Shown here: positions 27,662 through 42,859 of the stretch, one piece after another
How the letters are laid out: each line of letters opens with the position of its first letter
How positions within the stretch are numbered: position 1 is the stretch's first letter
Assembly (NCBI GenBank): GCA_951406725.2
Contig: OX597823.1
Span: 69,936,001-70,000,000, forward strand
Length of the DNA: 64,000 bases
Source: Octopus vulgaris
Lineage: Eukaryota
Direction of reading: 5' to 3'
Made by a program: the position numbers and the translations under genes
The notes under the pieces: generated by a model
Database searches by the model: none
The model's input: the letters and a program-made list of their open reading frames with translations, nothing else
Told to the model about the DNA's origin: nothing

Positions 27662-27827
27662 TCTTTATATATAAAAGTGAAGTTGTGTGTCTGTCTCCTA
27701 CGATTTACCATCATTTTTTCCCATTTTTAATGCATTTTTTGCTATTATATAAGGGAAGTAACTCTCTAAAAATGCTTATATAGTTATTTCCCTTACAAAC
27801 CCGAGCAACGCCGGGCGATACTGCTAG
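27662..27827 (+). mobile_element. Short non-autonomous Helitron (166 bp) with a variant 5' end
   Basis: A|TCTTTATATATAAAAG ... CCCGAGCAACGCCGGGCGATACTGCTAG|T; 3' end shared with the other two Helitron copies. Confidence 0.75.
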
Positions 27828-27884
27828 TTGTAAATAAAATATAATTGAGTGTTTGTTTGATTTTGTATGGCGTATATATGTTAG

Positions 27885-28073
27885 GAAGCCGGGCGAGATG
27901 CTTAGCAGCATTTCTTCTGTCTTAATGTTCTGGGCCCAAATTCCACTGAGGTTGATTTTTGCCTTTAATCCTTTCAAGGTCAATAAAATTAGTACCGGTT
28001 GAGCACTGGGATTTATGTAATCAACCTAACTCTCTCCCAAAATTACTAAATTTGTACCAAAATTTGAAACCAA
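27885..28073 (+). mobile_element. SINE family A, degenerate copy
   Basis: gccgggcgagatgcttagc...gcctttaatcctttcaaggtcaataaaattagtacc. Confidence 0.7.
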
Positions 28074-28918
28074 TGTTATGCAATATACATGCAAACAAAC
28101 TGATTAATATTTGTGAATTTGTGGGAGCATAGTTATGCAGTGTGCACTTCTTATTTGACTAAGTTTATCAATACTTCTATTTAATATACCATAATGTATG
28201 AGCGTCACTGTATCACATTTACTTTAATTCCACTTTCTCAAGTATTTTCGAATAACTGCTAATTTCCCACTCTTTCCACCCTTCGCTTTTAACCGAACAT
28301 TTTAAACTGATTTTCAACCTTCTACCTACTCCATGATTAAATAGTTGTTTTGTTTTTTTTTAATCTAATTAATTTTGCCATAAAACATGGATTTACACTT
28401 AATGTAAACATTAACATGTTTGCTCATAAATTTAAACTACGAGCCTTGACCAAATACTTTCCCGTTAATTCCTGTAATTTTCTGTTCCAAATGAATAATT
28501 TCATTAAATAAAGGCAAACTTGATTTTAGAAGAATTCCTTTCTTACCAAGAGGCTTGTCGGATGAAAGCAACTCAACACTCAATCAATAGCTTTGAAAGT
28601 TGTTTTATTGCATTAAGATTTCGTCGGTCAATCTGATATTTACTAGGAATATTTCTGAAAATACTTCCGGCGCCAGTCTCTCGCCTTTTCTCCAATATAC
28701 ATAGCGTTAACGTCGTTATATAACCGCTTTTCAACCAACTCAAAATTGCTGACTCTGTTTTCTTTACATTTATCCCCTTTAAGAGAAGCGCATACATATA
28801 TGTGTTGCGGTTTCACACACACACAAATATATTCGTACACGTATACACGCGTTCAGATGTATTTGTACGCGTTTGCGTGTGTATGCGCGTGCATGCATGC
28901 GTGTGTGTTTGTGTGTGT

Positions 28919-28968
<50 letters not shown>

Positions 28969-29129
28969 AAGCGGTTCTTGCAATGAAAGCTGCTTGTGAC
29001 AGTCCTTTCCTGTTTGAATCAAGTCACTTCCATCTTTTTCATATATCGATAAACACACACGCATTCACACACACGAGACGTCCACGCACGCACATAGGCG
29101 TACACACAGGCACGCGCGCGCACACACAA

Positions 29130-29160
<31 letters not shown>

Positions 29161-29265
29161 CACACGTACATATATACACATATATACATATATCCGTTCA
29201 TTGTTGATTGTCGGAAGAAAAAGAACTTGAAATCAGAGTCGGGATAAATAAGATTTTTTGGTTGA

Positions 29266-29665
29266 AAGGCAGCGAACTGGCAGAATCGTTAGCACGCCGG
29301 GCGAAATGCTTAGCAGTATTTCGTCTGCCGTTACGTTCTGAGTTCAAATTCCGCCGAGGTCGATCATGCCTTTCATCTTCTCGGTTTCGATTAAATAAGT
29401 ACCAGTTTCGCACTGGGGTCGATATAATCGACTTAATCCGTTTGTCTGTCCTTGTCTGTCCTCTCTGTGTTTAGCCCCTTGTGGGTAGTAAAGAAATAGG
29501 TATTTCGTCTGTCTTTACGTTCTGAGTTCAAATTCTGCCAAGGCCAACTTTGCCTTTCATCCTTTCGGGGTCGATAAATTAAATACCAGTTGCGTACTGG
29601 GGTCGATCTAATCGACTGGCTCCTCCCCAAAAATCTTGAGCCTTGTGCCTAGAGTAGAAAAGAAT
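29266..29665 (+). mobile_element. SINE family A dimer
   Basis: Head ggcagcgaactggcagaatcgttagc, two body units and the terminal tail ccttgtgcctagagtagaaaagaat. Confidence 0.9.
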
Positions 29666-29984
29666 ATAATTTGGTTGAGTAAGACTTGTGTGTTTCGCTT
29701 GTGCGTACTCAGAGCCATTCGTTTCACTAAGAGAGTAAAAATGTATGTATGTATGTATGTATGTATGTATGTACGTACGTATGTATGTATGCAATTACGT
29801 AGGTAAGTGCGTAGGTAAGTACGTAGGTAAGTATGTATGTACGTAAGTAGGTATCTATGTATGTATATATGTATGTATGTACGTATGCATGTATGTATGT
29901 ATGTACGTATGTATCTACGTACGTATGTATGTATGCATGTATGCATGCATGCATGTATGTATGCCTATATGTCTGTTTGTGTAG

Positions 29985-30410
29985 CCTTTTTCTCTTTTGG
30001 GTGGCTTTAGCCAAGAGATTGCGGCCATGCTGGGACACCGACTTAAGGGAAGTTGAGCGGATTAAAACTACCTCAGTACTTATTCTTTATGTTTGGGACT
30101 CATTCTATCGGATCCTCTTTGCTGAACTGCTAGATAACTGAAACGTAAACAAACCAACACAGGTCACCAAGCAACGAGAGTCAATCGCAAATATACACAC
30201 ACGCACGCACACGTCTCTCTCTCTCTCTCCCTATCTAGCTCTAGGTATATATATATTCTTACGTATATATGTATGTGTACCTGATGGTGACGAGTTTTCG
30301 CACATTTTCCTTCTAACAATTTCGTTCACAAGTTATTGGTTAGCACAGCACTGCAGTGCAGGACACTTGCTCAAAATGTCTAGCAGTAGAACTGAACCCA
30401 AATGCACTTG
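29985..30410 (-). mobile_element. SINE family B, degenerate copy
   Basis: tgcggccatgctggg...ttctatcggatcctctttgctgaac...gacacttgctcaa. Confidence 0.6.
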
Positions 30411-31322
30411 GTAACCCATATTCCATCAGCCTTCCATTTCTAGACATACTACTACACATCTAACAGTAAAAGTCTCCAAGTTATTCTCTCCCTACTACGA
30501 GGTACAGGTCTGGAATTGATTTGTGGTTTGGGGATGTATATCCATAATGATCTGATATTGTTAAAGGTTCCCCACCTTCTGTGCATATTGTGTCATACAA
30601 GTGACAATTTACGCGAGACCAACATTATCGCGAATGTCTTTCACTGTGACCTCCGTATTCCCTGTCTATATATTGTTAGACTAACCTATGAGCAGATGTG
30701 TAATACGCTACTTCAGCGTACCTCCCCACACTCGGTGTTAAATATGAAACATATGTTCTTCAAACGATAAACAGTTATCTTTAATTGTTATTCTAAGAAA
30801 ACAACGAAGCAAAGAAAGCCACATAGGTTTGAAAATGCATAAGTACTTCCTCCTGTTTCATACTTGTGTAATGATTTCAGGCAAAGATGTGCTCGTTTTG
30901 CTTACATAATAATGCCAGATACTTGGCTTTTTACAGCATGATATCTAAAAAGTTGGCCTTTAATTGTTAGCCTTTTAAAAGGATGAGAGTGGAGTTCGAC
31001 TTTTGTTGGTAACATTTAAAATACTTGAAGTGTTTGCAAAACATGTCCTTGTGTGAGAGTGTTGTCGTTGATGCTGTTGTTGCTCTGGTTCGATGTATCA
31101 CTACTCACTTAAGTTTTGTTTTGTTTAGAAATGCTATTATTACTTTTAATTTTGAAGTAAATATTTTGTTGTAAAGCATGTTCTTCATTTTCGGAGGGTT
31201 TTTTTCTTCCTCTTTTGCAAAAAAAAAATGAAATGCCATTGACGTTTAAGTTGATAAAATCGAGAACGTAAAAAGCGACATGAAAAATACGTCTGAACAA
31301 GTCAACAGCCAATAATAATACT

Positions 31323-31343
31323 GATGGTGATGATGGGGCTGCT

Positions 31344-31395
<52 letters not shown>

Positions 31396-31529
31396 ATGAT
31401 GGTGGTGGTGATGATGATGATGATGACGACGACGACGACGACGACGATGATGATGATGATGATGATGAAGATGATGAAGATGATGACGACGACGACGACG
31501 ACGATGACGACGAAGACGATGATGATGAC

Positions 31530-31577
<48 letters not shown>
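31323..31577. repeat. (GAT)n/(GAC)n microsatellite
   Basis: Direct reading; source of the poly-M ORF. Confidence 0.95.
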
Positions 31578-31688
31578 AATTAATGTTGTTGCTGTTGTTG
31601 TTGTTCCGCGAAGCAGAAACTATTGAATATGTTCCCTATTTCTGAAGAAGGTTTTGGGGTTTTTTGTTTGTTTGTTTCTTTCATTTTT

Positions 31689-31767
<79 letters not shown>

Positions 31768-32176
31768 CTATTATTTTATCATTCTCAGATTAGAATCAAC
31801 AATTCAACAAAGAATTTCTCAAACAATGACTTTGCTTTATATGTGAACATTTATAGTCTATCGTTTATTTTTTTTTTTATTTCCATGTGATTCATTTGAG
31901 GAGCATCATTTGCGAAGCCATATTTTTGTATATCGGAACTACTTTAAAACTGTACACGTAAATTGTATTTTATGAGACATCATATCTTTAATATAAAAGT
32001 GAGCAAATAGATAAATTGATAAGCTATTTTCTTTGATTCTAAATTTAGTTTGTCCTTTTTCTTCTTTCAGTCTCTTGTTATTGTTGGAATTGAAATAGTC
32101 TATTAAAAATTGTTCAGTTTATAGAACAAACATGGAACGTATTTTGGATTTAGACTCTGAATATATTTTTCCATGA

Positions 32177-32760
32177 AGGTGGCGAACTGGCAGAAATGTT
32201 AGCACGCCGGGCGAAATGCGTAGCCGTATTTCGTCTGCCGTTACGTTCTGATTTCAATTTCCGCCGAGGTCGCCTTTGCCTTTCATCCTTTCAGGGTCGA
32301 TTAAATAAGTACCAGTTACGCACTGGAGTCGATATAATCGACTTAATCCGTTTGTCTGTCCTTGTTTGTCCCTTCTGTGTTTAGCCCTTTGTGCGTAGTA
32401 AAGAAATAGGTATTTCGTCTGCCGTTACGTTCTGAGTTCAAATTCCGCCGAGGTCGACTTTGCCTTTCATCCTTTCGGGGTCGATTAAATAAGTATCAGT
32501 TACGCACTGGAGTCAATATAATCGACTTAATCCGTTTGTCTGTCCTTGTTTGTCCCTTCTGTGTTTAGCCCTTTGTGCGTAGTAAAGAAATAGGTATTTC
32601 GTCTGTCTTTACGTTCTGAGTTCAAATTCCGCTGGCGTTGACGCTGCTTTTCATCCTTTCAGAGTCGATAAATTAAGTACAAGTTCCGTATTAGGGTCGA
32701 TCTAATCGACTGGCCCCTCCCCAAAAATCTTGAGCCTTGTGCCTAGAGTAGAAAAGAATA
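32177..32760 (+). mobile_element. SINE family A trimer
   Basis: gtatttcgtctg recurs at 32226, 32410 and 32594 (184-bp period); one head and one terminal tail. Confidence 0.9.
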
Positions 32761-33235
32761 TATTTAACATTCATGAATACTAAGTAGTCGAAAAATATAA
32801 AATAAGGGATTAGGTGCCGGTTTCGATGTATTTGAATATTTTGTCTCTGCGTTCCAATGTTGATAAAATACCAGTTATACATGAGGGACAGGGATCAGTT
32901 GATTATAACCCATTCCAACAAATATGTTTTTGATTTCTTAAAGGCAGTGATTTCGCAAAAATCATAATCTCTTAAATAAATATTTTAAAATTTATTTCCT
33001 ATCCCCCTAAATTAATATATATATATATATGTTTTCATCCAAAATGGAAAGGATAAGCTTGAATAATTATAATTTCATCCAAAATGGAAAGGATAAGCTT
33101 GAATAATTATAATTCCATGGGATAAGCTTAAATAATTATAATGATATTAAGATATTTTCTTAACATGAAACCAATGGTAGAATGAATACAAAAATAAAGA
33201 AATTTTATCCACCAATGTTCGACATGTATGTGTGT

Positions 33236-33284
<49 letters not shown>

Positions 33285-33695
33285 CGTGTGTGTGTTCGTG
33301 TGTGTGTGTGTGTTCGTGTGTGTGTGTGTGTTCGTGTGTGTGTTCGTGTGTGTGTAGTCTTTCCCAGACTCCTTCAAAATACCGTTGGTTATATGGCTCT
33401 TTGTTGTCCTGTATTATCACATTTACCAGACTTCACCACTATACACAGATATTACTGAATCTGCTTGCTCACATAATGTCTGGTTTATTGCTTAATGCGA
33501 ACCACACTTGAATACTGCTCTTACAGTGTCTCTGCTACGCACATAGGCACATCGCAAGCAGCATTCAAAAAATGGTCACTAATCTGATTAGCTTGAAATC
33601 ACCCACTAAAACACCGTATTCTCTACTCCAACAACGTTCAGTAATTGCATATTACACGTATATATATATATATTTATGTTTATTATGTATGTATG

Positions 33696-33749
<54 letters not shown>

Positions 33750-33993
33750 TGTATATAAAGCCCTCGATCGAATAACACCGTTTACAAGACTCTATGCTTG
33801 GAATGACCAATTATAAACACCATTGGAACTCACACACAAGCTATAGGAAACTTATATATACACCATTCTGCTTAAATAATGGAACTGCAAATACAATATC
33901 CTTACGTATCTCACGTCTGTTTTCATTCCTCCACTTCACTCTATATTTCATGTCTTCTCTAAAATAACTATTACTTAAACATTTTCTTGCATC

Positions 33994-34041
33994 GTCTCTG
34001 ATGAAAGGATATTTAAAATATCCCGGGAACAGTTGTAAGAC
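33994..34041 (+). ncRNA. Decayed minimal type I hammerhead in a (TA)n-flanked, probably Penelope-like terminal repeat (~33760-34255)
   Basis: gucu-CUGAUGA-aa-ggauauuu/aaauaucc-c-GGGAAC-aguuGUA-agac; stem I gucu/agac; the GAAA box is mutated. Confidence 0.55.
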
Positions 34042-34284
34042 CTCTTTATAAATGTTCTGAAAACTATTCACAGCCTTGGAATTTTTTTATGTCATTCTGT
34101 TAATTTTCATATATATGCTTGCTAATACACGACCTACGTTGGACACCTCTTTCATATCATTATCGAACCTGGAGCTTAACTATAGTCTTCCATAGTGCTT
34201 ACTCAGCATTACCTGATACCCTTGGGTCTTCTTGACACCAATACTTCTCATATCCTATATACATATATATATATATATATGTAT

Positions 34285-34396
<112 letters not shown>

Positions 34397-35020
34397 TATA
34401 TATAATCATTATATGACATAACTTATTAAATAAAGTTCATTAAATTCATTCATATTTATGTAATGAAGGAGATTGGATGTAAAATGCATTATAGTTTTTA
34501 TTTTTCATATTGCTGTACAATTGTTTCATACAAATGGACTCAGATATTCATGAATGAAAAATCTTAAAACTAAAAAGGCGTTCAAAGTACATAGTTTTTT
34601 TTTTCTTTGAAGTTTTATGGGATTTATATATTCGCACTTCCAGTCACGTTTATTTGAATCTAGACTAAAAAAATATAGGAAGCGGCTGCTAATATAAGCA
34701 ATATTAAATCTGACATCCTCTCTATGAAATCCAATGTTATCTCTGTTTAAAACCTCCTTAAATTTTTTTTTTACTGATGAAGCTATATTTGTATGTACGT
34801 TCCGAATTACCATATGTATATGTTTTTCAAATGTATATTTAACTTTTACTTTACCTTCAATTCTCCTTCCGACTTAAGATTGTTAGTAAATTGGTGGTTT
34901 GTACTAGTATTTGGGAATAATTTCTAGTTTATAAAATTTTTTATTTTGTAATTTTGTAAATAATAGACAAAAACAGATATTATAAAAATTCCAATTAAAG
35001 GATGAACATACATTCATCCG

Positions 35021-35061
<41 letters not shown>

Positions 35062-35409
35062 GCAAATATGAATTAAATGCAGCTCGATGTATACAGACGA
35101 AATCTGACACACATACACAAGTTATGTGTGTTGGTTCGTGAGAGGGTTGGGAGTTTTTTCAGGCGTACGCGAATATATTCTTAATGCGCCTGATGTTAAA
35201 ACACCTGAAAGTAAATCATTGGCAAGCGAGACAACTCACATTAGATCCCATTTCGGAGCGACAGACATCGGTGTTTTGACATTGCTGTGACTTTTCAATG
35301 CTGCGTACCGAACGAGGTCCGCTGCAAGCCATATCGCCAACTATTACTATATGCTAAATGGTTTGAAAACCATCTGCTGGAATGTCCAAACGTTTCATGA
35401 GTCTTTGGA

Positions 35410-35750
35410 ATACGGTCATGCTGGGGCTCTACATTAAAATGTTTAGTTGGACAAATCGACATCAGTATTCATTTTAAAGCCTGGTACTTATTCTATTGGT
35501 CTGTTTTGCTGAATCGCTATGATAAACAAACCAACACCGGCGGTCAAGGAATAGTGGAAACAAACGTACACACATAGGTAAGTGGATTTGGTAGCTGGAA
35601 GCTGAAATAAACCCATCATATATAGAGAGACATGACGGGCTTCTTTCAGCTTCCATCTACCTAATCAACCCACAAGGCCTGAGACTATAGTAGAAGACAC
35701 TTGTGAAGGTGCTGCGCGGTGGGACTGAACCAAAGACCAAATATTTGGGA
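35410..35750 (-). mobile_element. SINE family B, degenerate copy
   Basis: cggtcatgctgggg...gacgggcttctttcagc...tagaagacacttg...gggactgaacc. Confidence 0.7.
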
Positions 35751-36114
35751 AGGTTCTTGCATTCAGGACATTACCTTTTAACGTAATTATCCAAATGAAT
35801 GGTATAGTAAAAAAAAAGTTGAAAAGGACGTTTTATTAAACAAATGAGACACGTGTTATATTATGTGTGTATGGGTGAGTGGGTGTGTGAATGGGTGAGT
35901 GAGCGGTTGAGTGAGTGGATGTGTGAGTGGGTGAGTGAGTGGGTGAGTGTTATAGTGAGTGAGTGACGGAGGGAGGGAGGGAAGGAAAGACGGAGGGAGT
36001 GAGTGAGTGTTTGCATAGGTGATAGACATATAGCATAGAAATTATTTGACAGTCGATGTTTATAATGGCCTCATAGTTACACAGACAAATAGACAGACAT
36101 ACCTATAGACAGAT

Positions 36115-36540
<426 letters not shown>

Positions 36541-37294
36541 AGAATATATTATGCAGAATAATGAAAATAACAATAGGAACAATTCTTAAACATGATGTTA
36601 CGACAGTATAAAAGGTTAGTATTTGCATCAGAATATTGTCTGTGGAAAACAGCTTTAAGAATATATGTTTTTATAAACGGTGAATATGCCATTGTTATAT
36701 AAGAATAAATATCTGTTTAGATAAGATAATGCATAATACAAGAACAAGGTAGAAACAGCTTCAATTCAACGTAAATAACAACTACAATGAAGAGAATACA
36801 CAAGACTAAATTGCATTAAATGAGATACAATAGGATATCAGCTCAGATATGTATATATACTTAAGCTGAGATATATAGATGTAATGTGTCGCATTGCATA
36901 GCCTCTTATGGTGCGTGTGTGTGTGACCAAGTACGTGTATAAATATGTGTGTGCGCGCGTTATGTGTGTGTGTGTAATATTGCTTGTGAGTGTCTGCGTA
37001 TGCATATGCATAATTTGTTTTTCATCCAATGACTGCTTGCTTTTTAGGAGGGACAAATGCATGTGAGTGATTACATACATATATATGAATATATATATAT
37101 GAAGATATATATATATATATATGGATGTGTATACGTATGCACGTGTATGCATGAATGTGTATATGGATGTGTATATATTTGTAAACATATATATATATAT
37201 ATAATATATTCTGATCTGCACTTTGAGATATTTACCACTTCTTTACCAAGAAAAACCTGTAAGATGGGATGGGAGTTTAAAGGAAATTTACCAT

Positions 37295-37710
37295 AGGTGC
37301 AGGAGTAGCTGTGTGGTAAATACCTTGCTTACCAACCACATGGTTCCGGGTTCATTCACACTGTGTGGCACCTTGAGCAAGTGTCTTCTACTATAGCCTC
37401 GGGCCGACCAAAGCCTTGTGAGTGTATTTGGTAGACGGAAACTGAAAGAAGCCCGTCGTATAAATGTATATATACATATGTATGTGTGTGTATATGTTTG
37501 TGTGTTTGTCTTTGTCCTCCCAACATCGCTTGACAACCGATGTTGGTGTGTTTACGTCCCTGTATCTTAGCGGTTCAGCAAAAGAGACTAATAGAATAAA
37601 TACTAGGCTTACAAAGAATAAGTCCTGGGGGCGATTTGCTCAGCTAAAGGCGGTGCTCCAGCATGGCCGCAGTCAAATGACTGAAACAAATAAAAGAGTA
37701 AAGAGTAAAA
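37295..37710 (+). mobile_element. SINE family B, full-length
   Basis: tRNA-like head (agctgtgtggtaa..ggttccgggttca), CORE-like ggcaccttgagcaagtgtcttcta, internal microsatellite and tail gactgaaacaaataaaagagtaaagag. Confidence 0.9.
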
Positions 37711-37868
37711 AGATTATAAAACGCACCATCTGAAGGAACCAGCCTTAACATCTTAAATAGAGAAATTCGGAATCTGCCTTGATATCATATCCCTCCTCTT
37801 ACTATATATATATATATAACAAAAGATGGGGTGTATTTCCAGGAAGGAAAAAGATATAGGAAAATTTG

Positions 37869-38220
37869 TGGTTGAAAATGCACCTGAATTTGAAAAATTT
37901 GTAATTGTTTTTAAATAAAATTATTTATTATTTATGTACATACCAGACTAGTTTCAACGATATCTTTTGTTTATCAATGGTAAAAATTTAAAATAGCGAG
38001 GTAGAAAAATATGCTTGAAAGTTTCAATGTTTACAAGATTCAATAATATCAAATATGATTTAAAAGTTCTCAACATCCAATAAGATATAAAATGTTGATC
38101 ATCTTGTTTAAATGCACAAAATTCAATAGTGTTAGAAGTGATCGATAAGAAATGTGGATCACCAAAGGTTTGGTCATACTTAGTTAAGAGGGAGAAAAAC
38201 AAGGGAGAAATGAAGATAGT

Positions 38221-38225
<5 letters not shown>
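37869..38225. repeat. Older diverged arm of a foldback repeat
   Basis: Similar in inverted orientation to ~38500-38815 and in direct orientation to ~39178-39500, with many substitutions. Confidence 0.8.
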
Positions 38226-39775
<1,550 letters not shown>

Positions 39776-40375
39776 TCATGATTTATGTATGTTTATATAT
39801 TACGCGTATAAGTATGGCTCTGTGTATATGGAGGTACGGTTGTATTTTTCTATGATTGTACATGTGTGTGTGCGCGCGCGTATGCGTTTGTGTATGTGCA
39901 TTGCATGTGCTTGCACTTGCTGAAAGAAAATGTCTTCATAAAATATAAAAGTAGAACCTGGTGACATTTTTATCTGCACATGATTCGACATGTATAAATA
40001 CATTTACGAATTGCTCTTTACTGTTAAGAAATAACGATGTATGAATGCATACATGTATGCATGCTATCATCTTTCACCTTTGCTACATGTATGCTATTAT
40101 CTTTCACCTTTGTTATCACCTTCATGATATTCATTATATTACCGACAAAACTCGACGAAAAATGCCATAGAATTTAAACTCTTCGAGCTATAAAAGCACC
40201 AAAACTGACCTTGTAGCCTGGTCTTCATAAGAGATGAGAAGATGTCCATATTATATGTCCTTTATCCATTTCCGTTAATCGTTTGCATGTTCCATTTTAA
40301 TTGTTCATAAATAAACATAAGCGTATGTTTTCAAGTGTGAATATGTCAATCTGCACATTTGTGTATGTACGTGTA

Positions 40376-40422
<47 letters not shown>

Positions 40423-40851
40423 TGACATATACGTATGGAAGTCGTACAAATCACATCAAGCAAAAAACGTATGAATATACCTATTTACCTCTGGAACAGC
40501 TCCTATTTCTATGAAGTGAACTCAAGGTATATTTGGTCAGATAGCTTCCACGAACGATACAGTAGCAATGCACGATACATCTTCGCAAGTAAAAAGCAGC
40601 TTTTCTTTGATTAACATTTTGAATGAATGAATGAAAAATTGTTTCCGCACGTGCTAATTTCTTTTTAAGGCAATAATATCTCCAGAGAACTTAACTACGT
40701 GTTAGAAAATCTTTCATACTGTATTTAATATTAGATTTACATATATAAATAGTATTATACGTACTTCCAGATGGACGTCCTTTATACTGTACTCTACTAT
40801 GTTCTTAACAGAATATACCACGACGATATGTGTGTGTGTGTTTGTGTGTGT

Positions 40852-40889
<38 letters not shown>

Positions 40890-40891
<2 letters not shown>

Positions 40892-41345
40892 ATATGCATA
40901 TATAGGTACAGGACATCACCAACAATGCAAATAATATAAAATGCGTAAACAAACGAGCGAAAAACGAGTGAAATACGTAAACGACGAGAAAAACTGGAAA
41001 ACAGGACAAGCAAACACAGAGAAAGGGCCCTTCATTAGTTGTCAGCTGTCTTTCTACTGATTTCGAGTGTTCAACGACACTATGAGTCTTCAACGACAGT
41101 TGCTCGCATAAATTCTAAAATAAAATCTAGGATTTAGGATTAATGGAGAGTCAAAGTTGGGAACAAAAAAATGACAGTGCAAATATGCAAGGAAACCGAA
41201 CGAAAACAAACATGGAGGGTCGTTAGAGCAGAACGAGAGCAAAATAGTGGACGCTGGTAGAAACATTCATTTTTTTCTGTAAAGAGAGAAAAGATAGAAG
41301 AGAGAGAAAAAGCACTTCGTTCTTTCAAACATCCGTACTGGAAAA
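40890..41345 (-). mobile_element. Repeat family E copy 2
   Basis: Reverse complement is colinear with 26820-27220; permuted hammerhead-like motif at 41027-41086 with mutated core CUAAUGA. Confidence 0.75.
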
Positions 41346-41572
41346 GAAAGCTGGTCACCTGAGGAAAAGAAAGATGGACGAGAGAGAGAAAAAATAGAAA
41401 GAGGGGAGAGAGAGACAGATAGAAAACGGTGAAGGAGGGAGGTGGAGAAAAAGGGAATTAGAGACGGATGGAGGAAAAAACAGTATAGAGTCGCATCAAA
41501 AAAGTGAAGATAAAGAAGATAAACATACTTCGAAATCGATGCGTCGCGTTCAATTAAATACTAAATAATATA

Positions 41573-41900
41573 TAAAGAGGGACAAAAATTCAAAACCAAA
41601 TCTGACTTTGCTTGTGCCTCGGAAGACCTGATTTATGTTATAAGATCCTCGGGATGCCACCAAAACTACACAGGGTCCACGAGATTATCGCTCAGACGCA
41701 GATGCACTCTGCACCGATAGCAGATTGCATTCACAGAATACAGAATGATACCCTTTAAGGAACACAAAAACAAATGCGCTAAACAACTGCTGCCACAATT
41801 TGTAATCTTTCCATTTTATCAATGTGCTATTGGAACACCAACAAAAGTTAGATTAAATATGGAAACCTACTCATTGAAAAATATAAGCCAAAACTTAACC
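41573..41900 (+). pseudogene. Penelope-like element GIY-YIG endonuclease fragment
   Basis: CASEDLIYVIRSSGC, then after a frameshift NYTGSTRLSLRRRCTLHR..EH..CAK..F.IFPFYQC..RLNME; parallels 48059-48331. Confidence 0.7.
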
Positions 41901-41971
41901 ATTTCTAGAATTTTTAAATAAGGAAACTTATTTCATTGAAATATATAAACCAAAACTTAACAATTTCTAAC

Positions 41972-42197
41972 ATTTTATTCTATCAAAACCAAATCATGTT
42001 AAACTAACAAAATCTTATCATTCCCAACATTTTTATTATCTTCCTTATAACGAAAAAATCCGTCTACCTCCCCCTGTTTCGAACTCTTCTACAGGGGGAG
42101 GTAGATGGATTTCTTCGTTGTAAGGGAGATAATAAAAAATGTTGGGAATGATAAGATTTTGTTAGTTTAACATGATTTGGTTTTGATGGAATAGAAT
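41972..42197. repeat. Inverted repeat with ~106-bp arms and a 13-nt loop
   Basis: 41972-42077 versus 42091-42197: six transitions and one indel. Confidence 0.95.
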
Positions 42198-42404
42198 AAC
42201 ACAACAACGGTAAAGAAATTTGAAAAGAAAATGTGAAACCGGTTATTTCTCCAAAAACAATGTTGGTATACAAAAAAATTTTTAGAACATTTTCCTAACA
42301 TGACAATTTTAATATATTTTTTAACCATATAATACAAATCTTCTGTAGTTTTTTATTCTATTTTGTTTTATATAATATATATATATATATATATGGGGGG
42401 GGGG

Positions 42405-42702
42405 CGTCTGACTGACAAATCGCACTCCGTCAGTTACGACGTCCAGGCCTGCTGGTGAAATTATCTTGCAAGTGACTTAGCACTCCACAGACACGGGTAA
42501 CCTTAACCTACTTTTCAGCGTGTCAAGAATGTGACAAGGCTGGCCCTCTGAAATACAGGTACAACCCATTTTTGCCAGATGAGTTGACTGGAGCAGCGTG
42601 AAATAAAGTGTCTTACTCAAAAGCACAACACGCCGCCGGAAATCGAACTCAGGACCTTATGGCCGTGAGTCGAATACCCTAAAAAGTTAGCAACGCGCCT
42701 TC
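42405..42702 (-). mobile_element. SINE family C copy
   Basis: catttttgccagatgagttgactggagcagcgtgaaataaagtgtctt...ggaaatcgaactc. Confidence 0.75.
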
Positions 42703-42859
42703 TGACTGATAAGACGCATATCGAAACAACGGTGTCCCAGAATCCTTTATACTTATGAATACAGTGTTCTATAAACACATATTCGTCATAAAGGAACTGT
42801 TCTCCTCTGACGAATACACCACCGATTTGCATATCCGCGTTCGAATCTGCTAATACGTA

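Noticed and set aside
32177-32760. Regularly spaced repeats resembling a CRISPR array
   Set aside because: The units repeat in full with no unique spacers; these are SINE multimers in eukaryotic DNA.
33034-33142. Short tandem duplication ttcatccaaaatggaaaggataagcttgaataattataat
   Set aside because: Ordinary local slippage duplication.
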